Virus record (IMG/VR): IMGVR_UViG_3300020183_000041
Coordinates: 21,126-85,125 of that record
DNA: 64,000 nucleotides
Strand: one strand, 5' to 3'
Origin: a virus
The notes beneath the pieces were generated by a model. The model was not told the origin of the DNA. It ran no database searches and saw nothing but the letters and a program-made list of their open reading frames with translations. The position numbers were made by a program, and so were the translations under genes. Shown in pieces: positions 1-6,147 of the stretch (positions are counted from its first letter, which is position 1; the number at the start of each line of letters is the position of its first letter).

Positions 1-87
1 CTGCGCCCCCCGCAGGGCGGGGGAACTTCAACCCATTCGGTACGATCAGTCGAGATGATTGAGCATATATTCTCTCACCATACAAAC

Positions 88-128
88 ACTGGTGTGCAAG
101 GCAGTCTTCAGCGAACTGAAACACCAGC
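88..128 (+). repeat. Cassette hairpin element, copy 1
   Basis: ACTGGTGTGCAAGGCAGTC-TTCA-GCGAACTGAAACACCAGC; arms CTGGTGT/ACACCAG, TTCA loop. Confidence 0.85.
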
Positions 129-153
129 GATTAAGGGGTCACCTAATGTTCTC

Positions 154-186
154 TTTTAGTGTATGTCTAAACCCACATGGTATAGT
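154..186 (+). promoter_or_regulatory. Cassette 1 promoter (leaderless)
   Basis: TTTTA-GTGTAT(159-164)-16 nt-TATAGT(181-186), ATG 7 nt later at 194. Confidence 0.8.
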
Positions 187-193
187 GTTTGAC

Positions 194-451
194 ATGGGGA
201 ACAACCTGGTGACCGTGAATGCGGAACCGAACCTATACCCCATCAGGCCAATCCTGATGGAGGCTCTCGCAAGGGATACCAGCACAGGCTGGACCTTGCT
301 AGACGGGGTAATCGTCATGGAGGAAAGGAATACTCTCCAAGACGAATACGTTCGTCTGGTCGCCGACGAAAAGGCGACAGGGCAAACCCACGCAGGCAAA
401 AAGCGAGACATTGCTCGCCGCCTGCGGACAATCGCCAGACTTCTGGCGTGA
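194..451 (+). CDS. Cassette 1 protein, family A, N-terminal MGNNLVTVNAEP tag
   Basis: Start reassigned from 59 to the ATG at the predicted TSS; paralog of 656..973 (EAL..GW..T..D.I..EER..RR..TI.R). Confidence 0.8.
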   Translation: MGNNLVTVNAEPNLYPIRPILMEALARDTSTGWTLLDGVIVMEERNTLQDEYVRLVADEKATGQTHAGKKRDIARRLRTIARLLA

Positions 452-455
452 AATC

Positions 456-488
456 GGGCGGGGTCGAAAGACCCCGCCCTTTTTCTTT
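456..488 (+). terminator. Intrinsic terminator
   Basis: GGGCGGGGTC-GAAA-GACCCCGCCC followed by T-tract. Confidence 0.9.
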
Positions 489-549
489 GTCTTTGGATGG
501 CGTTCATGCATAGGACACGATTCTTTGAATATATATTTCTCATTACATC

Positions 550-590
550 GCTGGCGTGCAGAGGGTGCTTCAGCGCACTCAAGCGCCAGC
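550..590 (+). repeat. Cassette hairpin element, copy 2
   Basis: GCTGGCGTGCAGAGGGTGC-TTCA-GCGCACTCAAGCGCCAGC. Confidence 0.9.
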
Positions 591-615
591 CGTACTGGAC
601 TCGTTCCATTTTCAC

Positions 616-648
616 TTTTAGTGCATAGTTGGACTCACTTACTATAGT
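616..648 (+). promoter_or_regulatory. Cassette 2 promoter (leaderless)
   Basis: GTGCAT(621-626)-16-TATAGT(643-648), ATG at 656. Confidence 0.8.
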
Positions 649-655
649 ACTGGTT

Positions 656-973
656 ATGGGAAACAACCTGGTGACCGTGAATGCGGAGCCGAAAGAACAC
701 AAAAGCATCAATGAGGCACTACTGGCGGCGGTTGAGCGTAGCGGTTGGGTCAAGCCCGACCGCCCGATGTCTCGCCTTCCAAAAGGCGGGGCAACCGTGG
801 GCGACATCATTACCCTGAATGAGGAGCGCCTAGAAGCGCTTTGGAAACTGGGCAACCTCCGAACGGAGGCGGCACGGGGCGCAAAGAATGCCACTCTTCA
901 GGCGAAACTGGTCAGGAGAATAAACACGATTACCCGAATAATCAATGCGTTTGACGACGCACAACGCCGATAG
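656..973 (+). CDS. Cassette 2 protein, family A, N-terminal MGNNLVTVNAEP tag
   Basis: ATG 7 nt after the -10; first 12 codons nearly identical to cassette 1. Confidence 0.8.
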   Translation: MGNNLVTVNAEPKEHKSINEALLAAVERSGWVKPDRPMSRLPKGGATVGDIITLNEERLEALWKLGNLRTEAARGAKNATLQAKLVRRINTITRIINAFDDAQRR

Positions 974-988
974 TCTCCCCAGACGGAT

Positions 989-1022
989 AACCCCCTCGCC
1001 CTGTTGCTCGGGCGAGGGGGTT
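989..1022 (+). terminator. GC-rich hairpin without U-tract after cassette 2
   Basis: AACCCCCTCGCCC-TGTTGCTC-GGGCGAGGGGGTT; its downstream flank resembles window bases 19-51. Confidence 0.55.
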
Positions 1023-1087
1023 CCGCCAACCCGTCCCGTGCGGTGCAATCAAAAAATTAAATGAATATTCTCTTCACTCACTATTCG

Positions 1088-1128
1088 GCTGGTGTGCGAG
1101 AGGTGCTTCAGTTCTCTTAAACACCAGC
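1088..1128 (+). repeat. Cassette hairpin element, copy 3
   Basis: GCTGGTGTGCGAGAGGTGC-TTCA-GTTCTCTTAAACACCAGC. Confidence 0.9.
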
Positions 1129-1153
1129 GTTGTTTATAATGGTCTATTTTCTC

Positions 1154-1186
1154 TTTTAGTGCATAACCTAGGTCACTTGTTACTAT
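1154..1186 (+). promoter_or_regulatory. Cassette 3 promoter (30-nt leader)
   Basis: GTGCAT(1159-1164)-16-TACTAT(1181-1186); GAAAGG SD before ATG 1224. Confidence 0.75.
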
Positions 1187-1223
1187 TAGTCCTGTCAGTA
1201 ATAACCCCAACCGAAAGGCGATT

Positions 1224-1589
1224 ATGTTTGGAGAAAATGCAAAGAATGAGCAAGTCGGATTAGTGATGGAAATGTCAGTAGGTGTTACGGAGTATGCCGA
1301 CAAATTGGCTGCACAATCGACACCGCTTGCACGGCACGCAGCGTTGCAATTACACAATTCCATGCGGTCGGTAGCGGTTCTCACCGTACTCAACGCAGTG
1401 AGGCAGGAACCGATTACGAAAGACTACCTTTATCGCATTGTGTTCATTTTCCAAGACATTCTCAAGAATGTCTTGGAATACGAAAATGCAGGTCTGATTG
1501 TCGAAGTCGACAACCTTGACAACGAAGATGTGAAGATGAGCGACTTTCTTTCGGCACTGATGTACGAATTCACCGAATTGATGGATTGA
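1224..1589 (+). CDS. Cassette 3 hypothetical protein (acidic C-terminus, no tag)
   Basis: 121 aa ORF with SD, bounded by promoter and terminator. Confidence 0.8.
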   Translation: MFGENAKNEQVGLVMEMSVGVTEYADKLAAQSTPLARHAALQLHNSMRSVAVLTVLNAVRQEPITKDYLYRIVFIFQDILKNVLEYENAGLIVEVDNLDNEDVKMSDFLSALMYEFTELMD

Positions 1590-1621
1590 AAAATGGGGGG
1601 CTTCGGCCCCCCATTTTTTTT
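1590..1621 (+). terminator. Intrinsic terminator
   Basis: ATGGGGGG-CTTCGG-CCCCCCAT plus T-tract. Confidence 0.9.
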
Positions 1622-1689
1622 GTCTTGATGAATGGTGTTCATCAACGGCATGGCTTTCTTGAGTATGTATTCTTTCAATACCTGGATGT

Positions 1690-1729
1690 GCTGGTGTGCG
1701 AGGAAGCTTCAGCTGCCTTAAACACCAGC
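1690..1729 (+). repeat. Cassette hairpin element, copy 4
   Basis: GCTGGTGTGCGAGGAAGC-TTCA-GCTGCCTTAAACACCAGC. Confidence 0.9.
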
Positions 1730-1754
1730 GCTGTTAGGGGGTAGGTGTTCTTAT

Positions 1755-1787
1755 TTTTAGTGAATAGCCAAGGTCACTTGTTATAGT
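1755..1787 (+). promoter_or_regulatory. Cassette 4 promoter (leaderless)
   Basis: GTGAAT(1760-1765)-16-TATAGT(1782-1787), ATG at 1795. Confidence 0.8.
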
Positions 1788-1794
1788 GTTTCAC

Positions 1795-2118
1795 ATGAGC
1801 GACAAGCCCAAGGTGACTGCTAAGGCAGAACCGAACCGCAAGGTGAACCTTGCGGAACTGCAAGGAAAGATTGCCAAGAAAGGCAAGCCCCCGTACCGTG
1901 ACCCTGCGTTGGCGCAAGACCTGCTGACTCTTGGTGATGGCGAGGCAATCTTGTGGGTTCAGGCAACCGTGAACGTCACGGGAACCGACCCCAAGGCAAT
2001 CAACGCCGAAAAGATGAAGTGGCGCCAACGTGCTATTTCGGTTGCCGAGGGTGTGAACCTCAAGGTTCAGATCAACTGGTCAACCAATGGCGAGATGTAC
2101 ATCTCGCTCAAGAAGTAA
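1795..2118 (+). CDS. Cassette 4 small basic protein, family B (putative DNA-binding)
   Basis: MSDKPKVTAKAEPNRKVNL..KKGKPPY..RQRAISVA..INWSTNGEM; paralog of cassettes 5 and 6. Confidence 0.85.
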   Translation: MSDKPKVTAKAEPNRKVNLAELQGKIAKKGKPPYRDPALAQDLLTLGDGEAILWVQATVNVTGTDPKAINAEKMKWRQRAISVAEGVNLKVQINWSTNGEMYISLKK

Positions 2119-2132
2119 AAGAAAGGAAAAAG

Positions 2133-2164
2133 AAAAGGGAACCCGAAAGGGTTCCCTTTTTTTT
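2133..2164 (+). terminator. Intrinsic terminator
   Basis: GGGAACCC-GAAA-GGGTTCCC plus T8, A-tract upstream; same stem at 3410-3442. Confidence 0.9.
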
Positions 2165-2174
2165 GCCCAAAGTC

Positions 2175-2214
2175 GCTGGCGTTCTGGTCGCGCTAAAGCG
2201 CTTTGAACGCCAGC
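2175..2214 (-). repeat. Inverted-orientation hairpin element
   Basis: GCTGGCGTTCTGGTCGCGC-TAAA-GCGCTTTGAACGCCAGC; loop reads TTTA on the minus strand. Confidence 0.85.
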
Positions 2215-2300
2215 GCTGTTGGACAAACCTTTGGTCTCTCTTTATTACACAATTACTAATTCCTTGTAATAATTTAATATTACTCACAATATGTAATCGG

Positions 2301-2341
2301 GCTGGCGTGCGAGCGTGTCTTCAGCGCGCTTAAACGCCAGC
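2301..2341 (+). repeat. Cassette hairpin element, copy 5
   Basis: GCTGGCGTGCGAGCGTGTC-TTCA-GCGCGCTTAAACGCCAGC. Confidence 0.9.
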
Positions 2342-2366
2342 GGAATCGTACTCATCTATTCTTCAT

Positions 2367-2399
2367 TTTTAGTGCATTTCCAAACCCGCTGGGTATAGT
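2367..2399 (+). promoter_or_regulatory. Cassette 5 promoter (leaderless)
   Basis: GTGCAT(2372-2377)-16-TATAGT(2394-2399), GTG at 2407. Confidence 0.8.
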
Positions 2400-2406
2400 T
2401 CTAGTC

Positions 2407-2733
2407 GTGGCAACACAACAGCCGACCGCTAAGGCGGAGGCAAACCGTAAGGTGAACCTGAAAGACCTGCAAGGCAGTTTGTCTAAGAAGGGCAAACCTC
2501 CCTATCAGGACAAGGCACTAGCGGCAGACATTCTGTCGCTGGACCCAAACGACGCTAACGACGCATTCGTTTGGTCAAAGGCGGCGGTCGTTCTGACGGG
2601 AGACCCAAAGAAGGACAACGCCAACAAAATGCTGTGGAGACAGCGCGCCATTTCGGTTGCAAAGGCTACGGGTATCGTAATCCGTATTCAATGGACCAAT
2701 AATGGAGAAATGGTTATTTCACGTAAGGGGTGA
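2407..2733 (+). CDS. Cassette 5 small basic protein, family B
   Basis: PTAKAEANRKVNLKDLQG..KKGKPPY..WRQRAISVA..IQWTNNGEM. Confidence 0.85.
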   Translation: MATQQPTAKAEANRKVNLKDLQGSLSKKGKPPYQDKALAADILSLDPNDANDAFVWSKAAVVLTGDPKKDNANKMLWRQRAISVAKATGIVIRIQWTNNGEMVISRKG

Positions 2734-2747
2734 AATAATCAAAAAAG

Positions 2748-2778
2748 AAAGGACCGCCTTCGGGCGGTCCTTTTTTTT
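2748..2778 (+). terminator. Intrinsic terminator
   Basis: GGACCGCC-TTCG-GGCGGTCC plus T8. Confidence 0.9.
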
Positions 2779-2788
2779 GCCCAAAGTT

Positions 2789-2828
2789 GCTGGTGTTCTG
2801 GTCGCGCTAAAGCGCTTTGAACACCAGT
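2789..2828 (-). repeat. Inverted-orientation hairpin element
   Basis: GCTGGTGTTCTGGTCGCGC-TAAA-GCGCTTTGAACACCAGT; compensatory C-G to T-A change relative to 2175-2214. Confidence 0.85.
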
Positions 2829-2914
2829 TTGTTTGTCTTCAAGTTGGGGTATGGTTTATTACAAATTTACAATTTACATGTAATAAATTACATGATGTTT
2901 CAAATCCTAATTCG

Positions 2915-2954
2915 ATTGGCGTGCATGGAGGCTTCAGCTCCATTGTGCGCCAAC
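2915..2954 (+). repeat. Cassette hairpin element, copy 6
   Basis: ATTGGCGTGCATGGAGGC-TTCA-GCTCCATTGTGCGCCAAC. Confidence 0.85.
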
Positions 2955-2979
2955 CAAATTGGACTCTAATGGTTATTAT

Positions 2980-3012
2980 TTTTAGTGCATATCTGGGGTC
3001 ACTTGTTAGAGT
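2980..3012 (+). promoter_or_regulatory. Cassette 6 promoter (leaderless)
   Basis: GTGCAT(2985-2990)-16-TAGAGT(3007-3012), GTG at 3020. Confidence 0.8.
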
Positions 3013-3019
3013 AGTACCC

Positions 3020-3394
3020 GTGAGCACAAACAAGGTGACCGCTAATGCGGAACCAAAGAATACTCATGGCAATACCCCGAATGTCCGAGTCAACCTTTCC
3101 CAAATGGCTGGCAAACTTTCCCGCAAAGGAAAGCCTGCATACAAGGATGAGGCATTGGCAAAGGATATTCTGTCGCTAGACCCGACCGACCCCAATGATG
3201 CTTTCACCTGGGGAAAAGCAAAGGTTTCCCTTGTGGATGCCAACGGCGAGTCCCGTGACGAAGCCCAAATCAATAAGGAAAAAATGAAGCACCGCCAGCG
3301 AGCATTTTCGGTCGCAAAGCAGTTGCAAATCGAAATCCGTGTGATTTGGATGGTCGATGGTCAAATGGTCATCGCACTCAAAAACGACAAGTAA
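3020..3394 (+). CDS. Cassette 6 small basic protein, family B
   Basis: Start reassigned from 2702; MSTNKVTANAEP..RVNLSQMAGKLSRKGKPAY..RQRAFSVA..IWMVDGQM. Confidence 0.85.
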   Translation: MSTNKVTANAEPKNTHGNTPNVRVNLSQMAGKLSRKGKPAYKDEALAKDILSLDPTDPNDAFTWGKAKVSLVDANGESRDEAQINKEKMKHRQRAFSVAKQLQIEIRVIWMVDGQMVIALKNDK

Positions 3395-3409
3395 TTAGAA
3401 AGGAAAAAG

Positions 3410-3442
3410 AAAAGGGAACCCGAAAGGGTTCCCTTTTTTTTT
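3410..3442 (+). terminator. Intrinsic terminator
   Basis: GGGAACCC-GAAA-GGGTTCCC plus T9. Confidence 0.9.
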
Positions 3443-3452
3443 GTCTAAAGTC

Positions 3453-3492
3453 GTTGGCGTGCGGTCGGCGCTAAAGCGCCTTGCACGCCAAT
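3453..3492 (-). repeat. Inverted-orientation hairpin element
   Basis: GTTGGCGTGCGGTCGGCGC-TAAA-GCGCCTTGCACGCCAAT. Confidence 0.8.
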
Positions 3493-3579
3493 TAGTTTTA
3501 GAATTATCTTTTGCAAAACTTTAATATTTATTCAAATTACAATTAATAATGTAAAGACTAATTAAGTTTTTCAATATAC

Positions 3580-3623
3580 GATGGTGTTCAAACGATAACT
3601 TTATTTATCGTTTGAACACCATT
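3580..3623 (+). repeat. Divergent hairpin element of a decayed seventh cassette
   Basis: ATGGTGTTCAAACGATAA-CTTTAT-TTATCGTTTGAACACCAT; TTTAG follows at the conserved distance (G at 3654). Confidence 0.65.
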
Positions 3624-4193
3624 TGGATTTGAATTATTATTATCTATACTTTAGCACACTGTCAAATCAGATTCACTCTTTGTTACACAAAAGTTACAAT
3701 TCTAATTAGATTCACTATTAGGCCGCCGATACCCTTGGGATAGACCTGTGATAACTATGATCTTTCCCCCCGCTTTCTACACTACAATTTTGCCGGTCTT
3801 TAGGCAACAGTTTCACCATAAGAATACCCCTAGAGAGTATTCACCATTATAAACCTCAAATTACAGCGGGGTAAGTCTGTAACTATCTATACCAGAGTCT
3901 GGAGTAGAATAAATACAATTAAATTCATGATTAGGTCCATAATTAGATTCGTAATTAAATTTGTAGTCGCCAATTATTTACCTTAACGCAAAATTCGGCC
4001 TTCACAATATATGAGCATCAAAAATATATTAAAATTCGGGTTAGATATGTCTATATTCTCCTCTAGAGATAGAGAGTAGATAGAAAGCAAACAAATGTTC
4101 GCTTTTTTGATAGAAAATGATAGCATTTTGCTATATTTTTACTATAAATATTATAATTTTCTTTATTTTTATGCTGTTTTTAGGCACAAAAAA

Positions 4194-4231
4194 AAGGCTT
4201 AAGAATAAGTTTTACCTTACTCTTAAGCCTT
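4194..4231. terminator. Hairpin ending the leftward gene run
   Basis: AAGGCTTAAGAATAAG-TTTTAC-CTTACTCTTAAGCCTT with an A-run on the left (U-tract on the minus strand). Confidence 0.6.
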
Positions 4232-4307
4232 AAATTTGGGCACGCACACCCATATAAATATAATAAATATATTTATAGTTGTGTACGCTTCACTTGCTTT
4301 TGATTAG

Positions 4308-4346
4308 TTATCCACAGGTTTTGCTAGTCATTCACAGTCATCCACA
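4308..4346 (+). promoter_or_regulatory. DnaA-box-like cluster
   Basis: Perfect TTATCCACA at 4308-4316, TCATTCACA at 4328-4336, TCATCCACA at 4338-4346, beside an AT-only tract at 4252-4277. Confidence 0.4.
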
Positions 4347-4492
4347 GGTATATCTATATCTTCATCTAATTCACTGAAGTAAAAATATTCGAGAGTATCT
4401 CTATTCATACTCTCTACTTTAGCGATAGATTCATCTTCAGACCCCGCCGATACATAGATATTAGCTATGATTGTTACCCTATAGTTATTCAT
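4328..4492 (-). CDS. Hypothetical protein, 54 aa (not in ORF track)
   Basis: MNNYRVTIIANIYVSAGSEDESIAKV..; resembles 8971..9189. Confidence 0.6.
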   Translation of the reverse strand: MNNYRVTIIANIYVSAGSEDESIAKVESMNRDTLEYFYFSELDEDIDIPVDDCE

Positions 4493-4697
4493 CAGTACCC
4501 GATTTTTTCAAACACCTATGGGTAAAGATATCATCTATGTCTAATCTCTCCTTGCAACGACTACAAAAGAACCCCATTAACCTTTGTCCCGCGTCTGGAG
4601 GACTAACAGAATTAACCTTTGCATTTCCCTTAAGGATTCTCATCTCTTCAGGGGTAGCAAAATCCAAGAATCCGTTTTTATAAATAAGAGTAGTCAT
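4485..4697 (-). CDS. Small Zn-finger-like protein
   Basis: CSRC..HRC; overlaps neighbouring genes. Confidence 0.6.
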   Translation of the reverse strand: MTTLIYKNGFLDFATPEEMRILKGNAKVNSVSPPDAGQRLMGFFCSRCKERLDIDDIFTHRCLKKSGTDE

Positions 4698-4963
4698 TTC
4701 CCGCCGTTATCCTTTCCGATAATTGAAAGCCTACTGATAAGCTCAGAAGCAATTTCAAGATCAAAATTTTCAATTTGATCCCATATATCTGGACTGGTAT
4801 TAATTGTAATCCAATCATCTTTGGAAAGGTCAAAAATAAAATTTCCTCCCCGCAATTCTTGCTCTGTAGCAATCATAAAACGAATCTGATCACCATCAAA
4901 ATAGCCGACTACGGGGAAATAAAATTGGTAGTTTTCCTTATTGAAATCACTTGAAATGGACAT
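4694..4963 (-). CDS. Hypothetical protein
   Basis: ORF with ATGA coupling. Confidence 0.65.
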   Translation of the reverse strand: MSISSDFNKENYQFYFPVVGYFDGDQIRFMIATEQELRGGNFIFDLSKDDWITINTSPDIWDQIENFDLEIASELISRLSIIGKDNGGK

Positions 4964-5024
4964 AGTATTTTGCCACCCTTCGCTGTCATTTTCCTAATGA
5001 TAATTAACCCTGAATATTGGGACA

Positions 5025-5240
5025 TTAAATTATAGAATCTTGGTATTGAATTTGATTCATTTTTTCCAACCAAGCCTGTGTATTGAGACTTCTGCAATAT
5101 GTATTAGCTTGGTACTGCCAGTCAAATACTTTTTCTATTTGAACTTTTTCCTTATTAATACACCTCCAGACTTCCCATTGGAAAGCCGCTGGGCTTTTAT
5201 GTACTTCATAATAAATACGCGATATTTCTTCTGTTATCAT
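5025..5240 (-). CDS. Hypothetical protein
   Basis: ORF with AAGGAAAG SD. Confidence 0.65.
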   Translation of the reverse strand: MITEEISRIYYEVHKSPAAFQWEVWRCINKEKVQIEKVFDWQYQANTYCRSLNTQAWLEKMNQIQYQDSII

Positions 5241-5291
5241 ATCTTTCCTTTTTAAGAATTTAAACCGCAGTTTTGATATTAAATTTCATAA

Positions 5292-5480
5292 TTAAATCCT
5301 ATCATCATATCTGGCAAGATAGGGGTTTATTCTAGCCTCAAATTCTCTATCATCATATTCTTTTTTCTGGAATCCACCATCGTCCTCGCAGTCATGACCA
5401 TAATAAAATTCACTTGCTTCTTCTTCATTAAGAAGATCAAAAATTCTTCCACACTCACCGCATACTGTTTTTGTTTTCAT
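5292..5480 (-). CDS. Small Zn-ribbon protein
   Basis: CGEC..GHDC. Confidence 0.7.
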   Translation of the reverse strand: MKTKTVCGECGRIFDLLNEEEASEFYYGHDCEDDGGFQKKEYDDREFEARINPYLARYDDRI

Positions 5481-5982
5481 TGGTACACATCCTCAGTATT
5501 TTTTCTAATATCTCCGTATTTCCACTTAGGCAAATCACTAATTGGGTATTTATTTATCCAAGATTCATGAATTCTCGTATAATACATATTGTCAAAATAT
5601 TTGAATTCTCCATTTTCTGCAAAAATCCAGTTCTTTTCATCTAGAGCAACTTTCCATTGCCAAATATGAAAACTGTCATGGATTCCCTGCAATTTCTCAA
5701 GCATTGAAAGTGCTTTCTTACCCATATCCCATTCTGGATTAGATTTTATAACAGCATCCTTAACCGGGGTTGCATAAACTGATGCATTTTCTAATTCAGT
5801 GTTATACCAATTCTTGTCAATAATGCAGCCAACTGCACACATTAGTAATGGACCAGTTTCACCATTAAGTCAGGTCTTGCTCTATATGAGCAAGAACCTT
5901 CAGGATTAATGCTTTTTTGATTTTGAGTTAAAAGGTGATTTTTAACCTTAAGAAAAATATCTTTATCTGTTATTGTTTTCAT
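5477..5982 (-). pseudogene. Split or frameshifted paralog of 6148..6828
   Basis: 5842..5982 (MKTITDKDIFLKVKNHLLTQ..CSYR) and 5477..5842 (MCAVGCII) match the two halves of the adjacent gene; one base short of a single frame. Confidence 0.65.
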
Positions 5983-6147
5983 TGATTAATACTCCCTATG
6001 ATAATTAATTGTTACTTCTAATTGTTTAAATACAAAATAACTGCACAAGATATAACAACAATTACTCCATATTGCGATAAAGTACGCAACATGAATACCT
6101 CCTAATTTGGCTGGATTAGCCTGTATTTTGCCGTCTGGCTGTTCTAA

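Noticed and set aside
139-894. 251-aa minus-strand ORF and other antisense ORFs in the track
   Set aside because: They cross terminators, hairpins and promoters of well-supported opposite-strand genes; shadow ORFs
2702-3019. Long N-terminal extension of the cassette 6 ORF (also 59..193 and 629..655 for cassettes 1 and 2)
   Set aside because: The extensions run through terminator, hairpin or promoter; paralog alignment and -10 spacing place starts at 3020, 194 and 656
2997-3040. GGTCACTTGTT...AACAAGGTGACC inverted repeat around the cassette 6 TSS as an operator
   Set aside because: Imperfect, only partly present in cassette 4, and the right arm is explained by the coding tag; insufficient support
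88-3492. Canonical integron attC sites
   Set aside because: No RYYYAAC...GTTRRRY ends, cassettes carry their own promoters and terminators, and no integrase is in the window; kept only as an analogy
88-3623. CRISPR array interpretation of the palindromic repeats
   Set aside because: Copies are divergent, occur in both orientations, and are separated by 86-560 bp containing promoters and genes rather than 30-40 bp spacers
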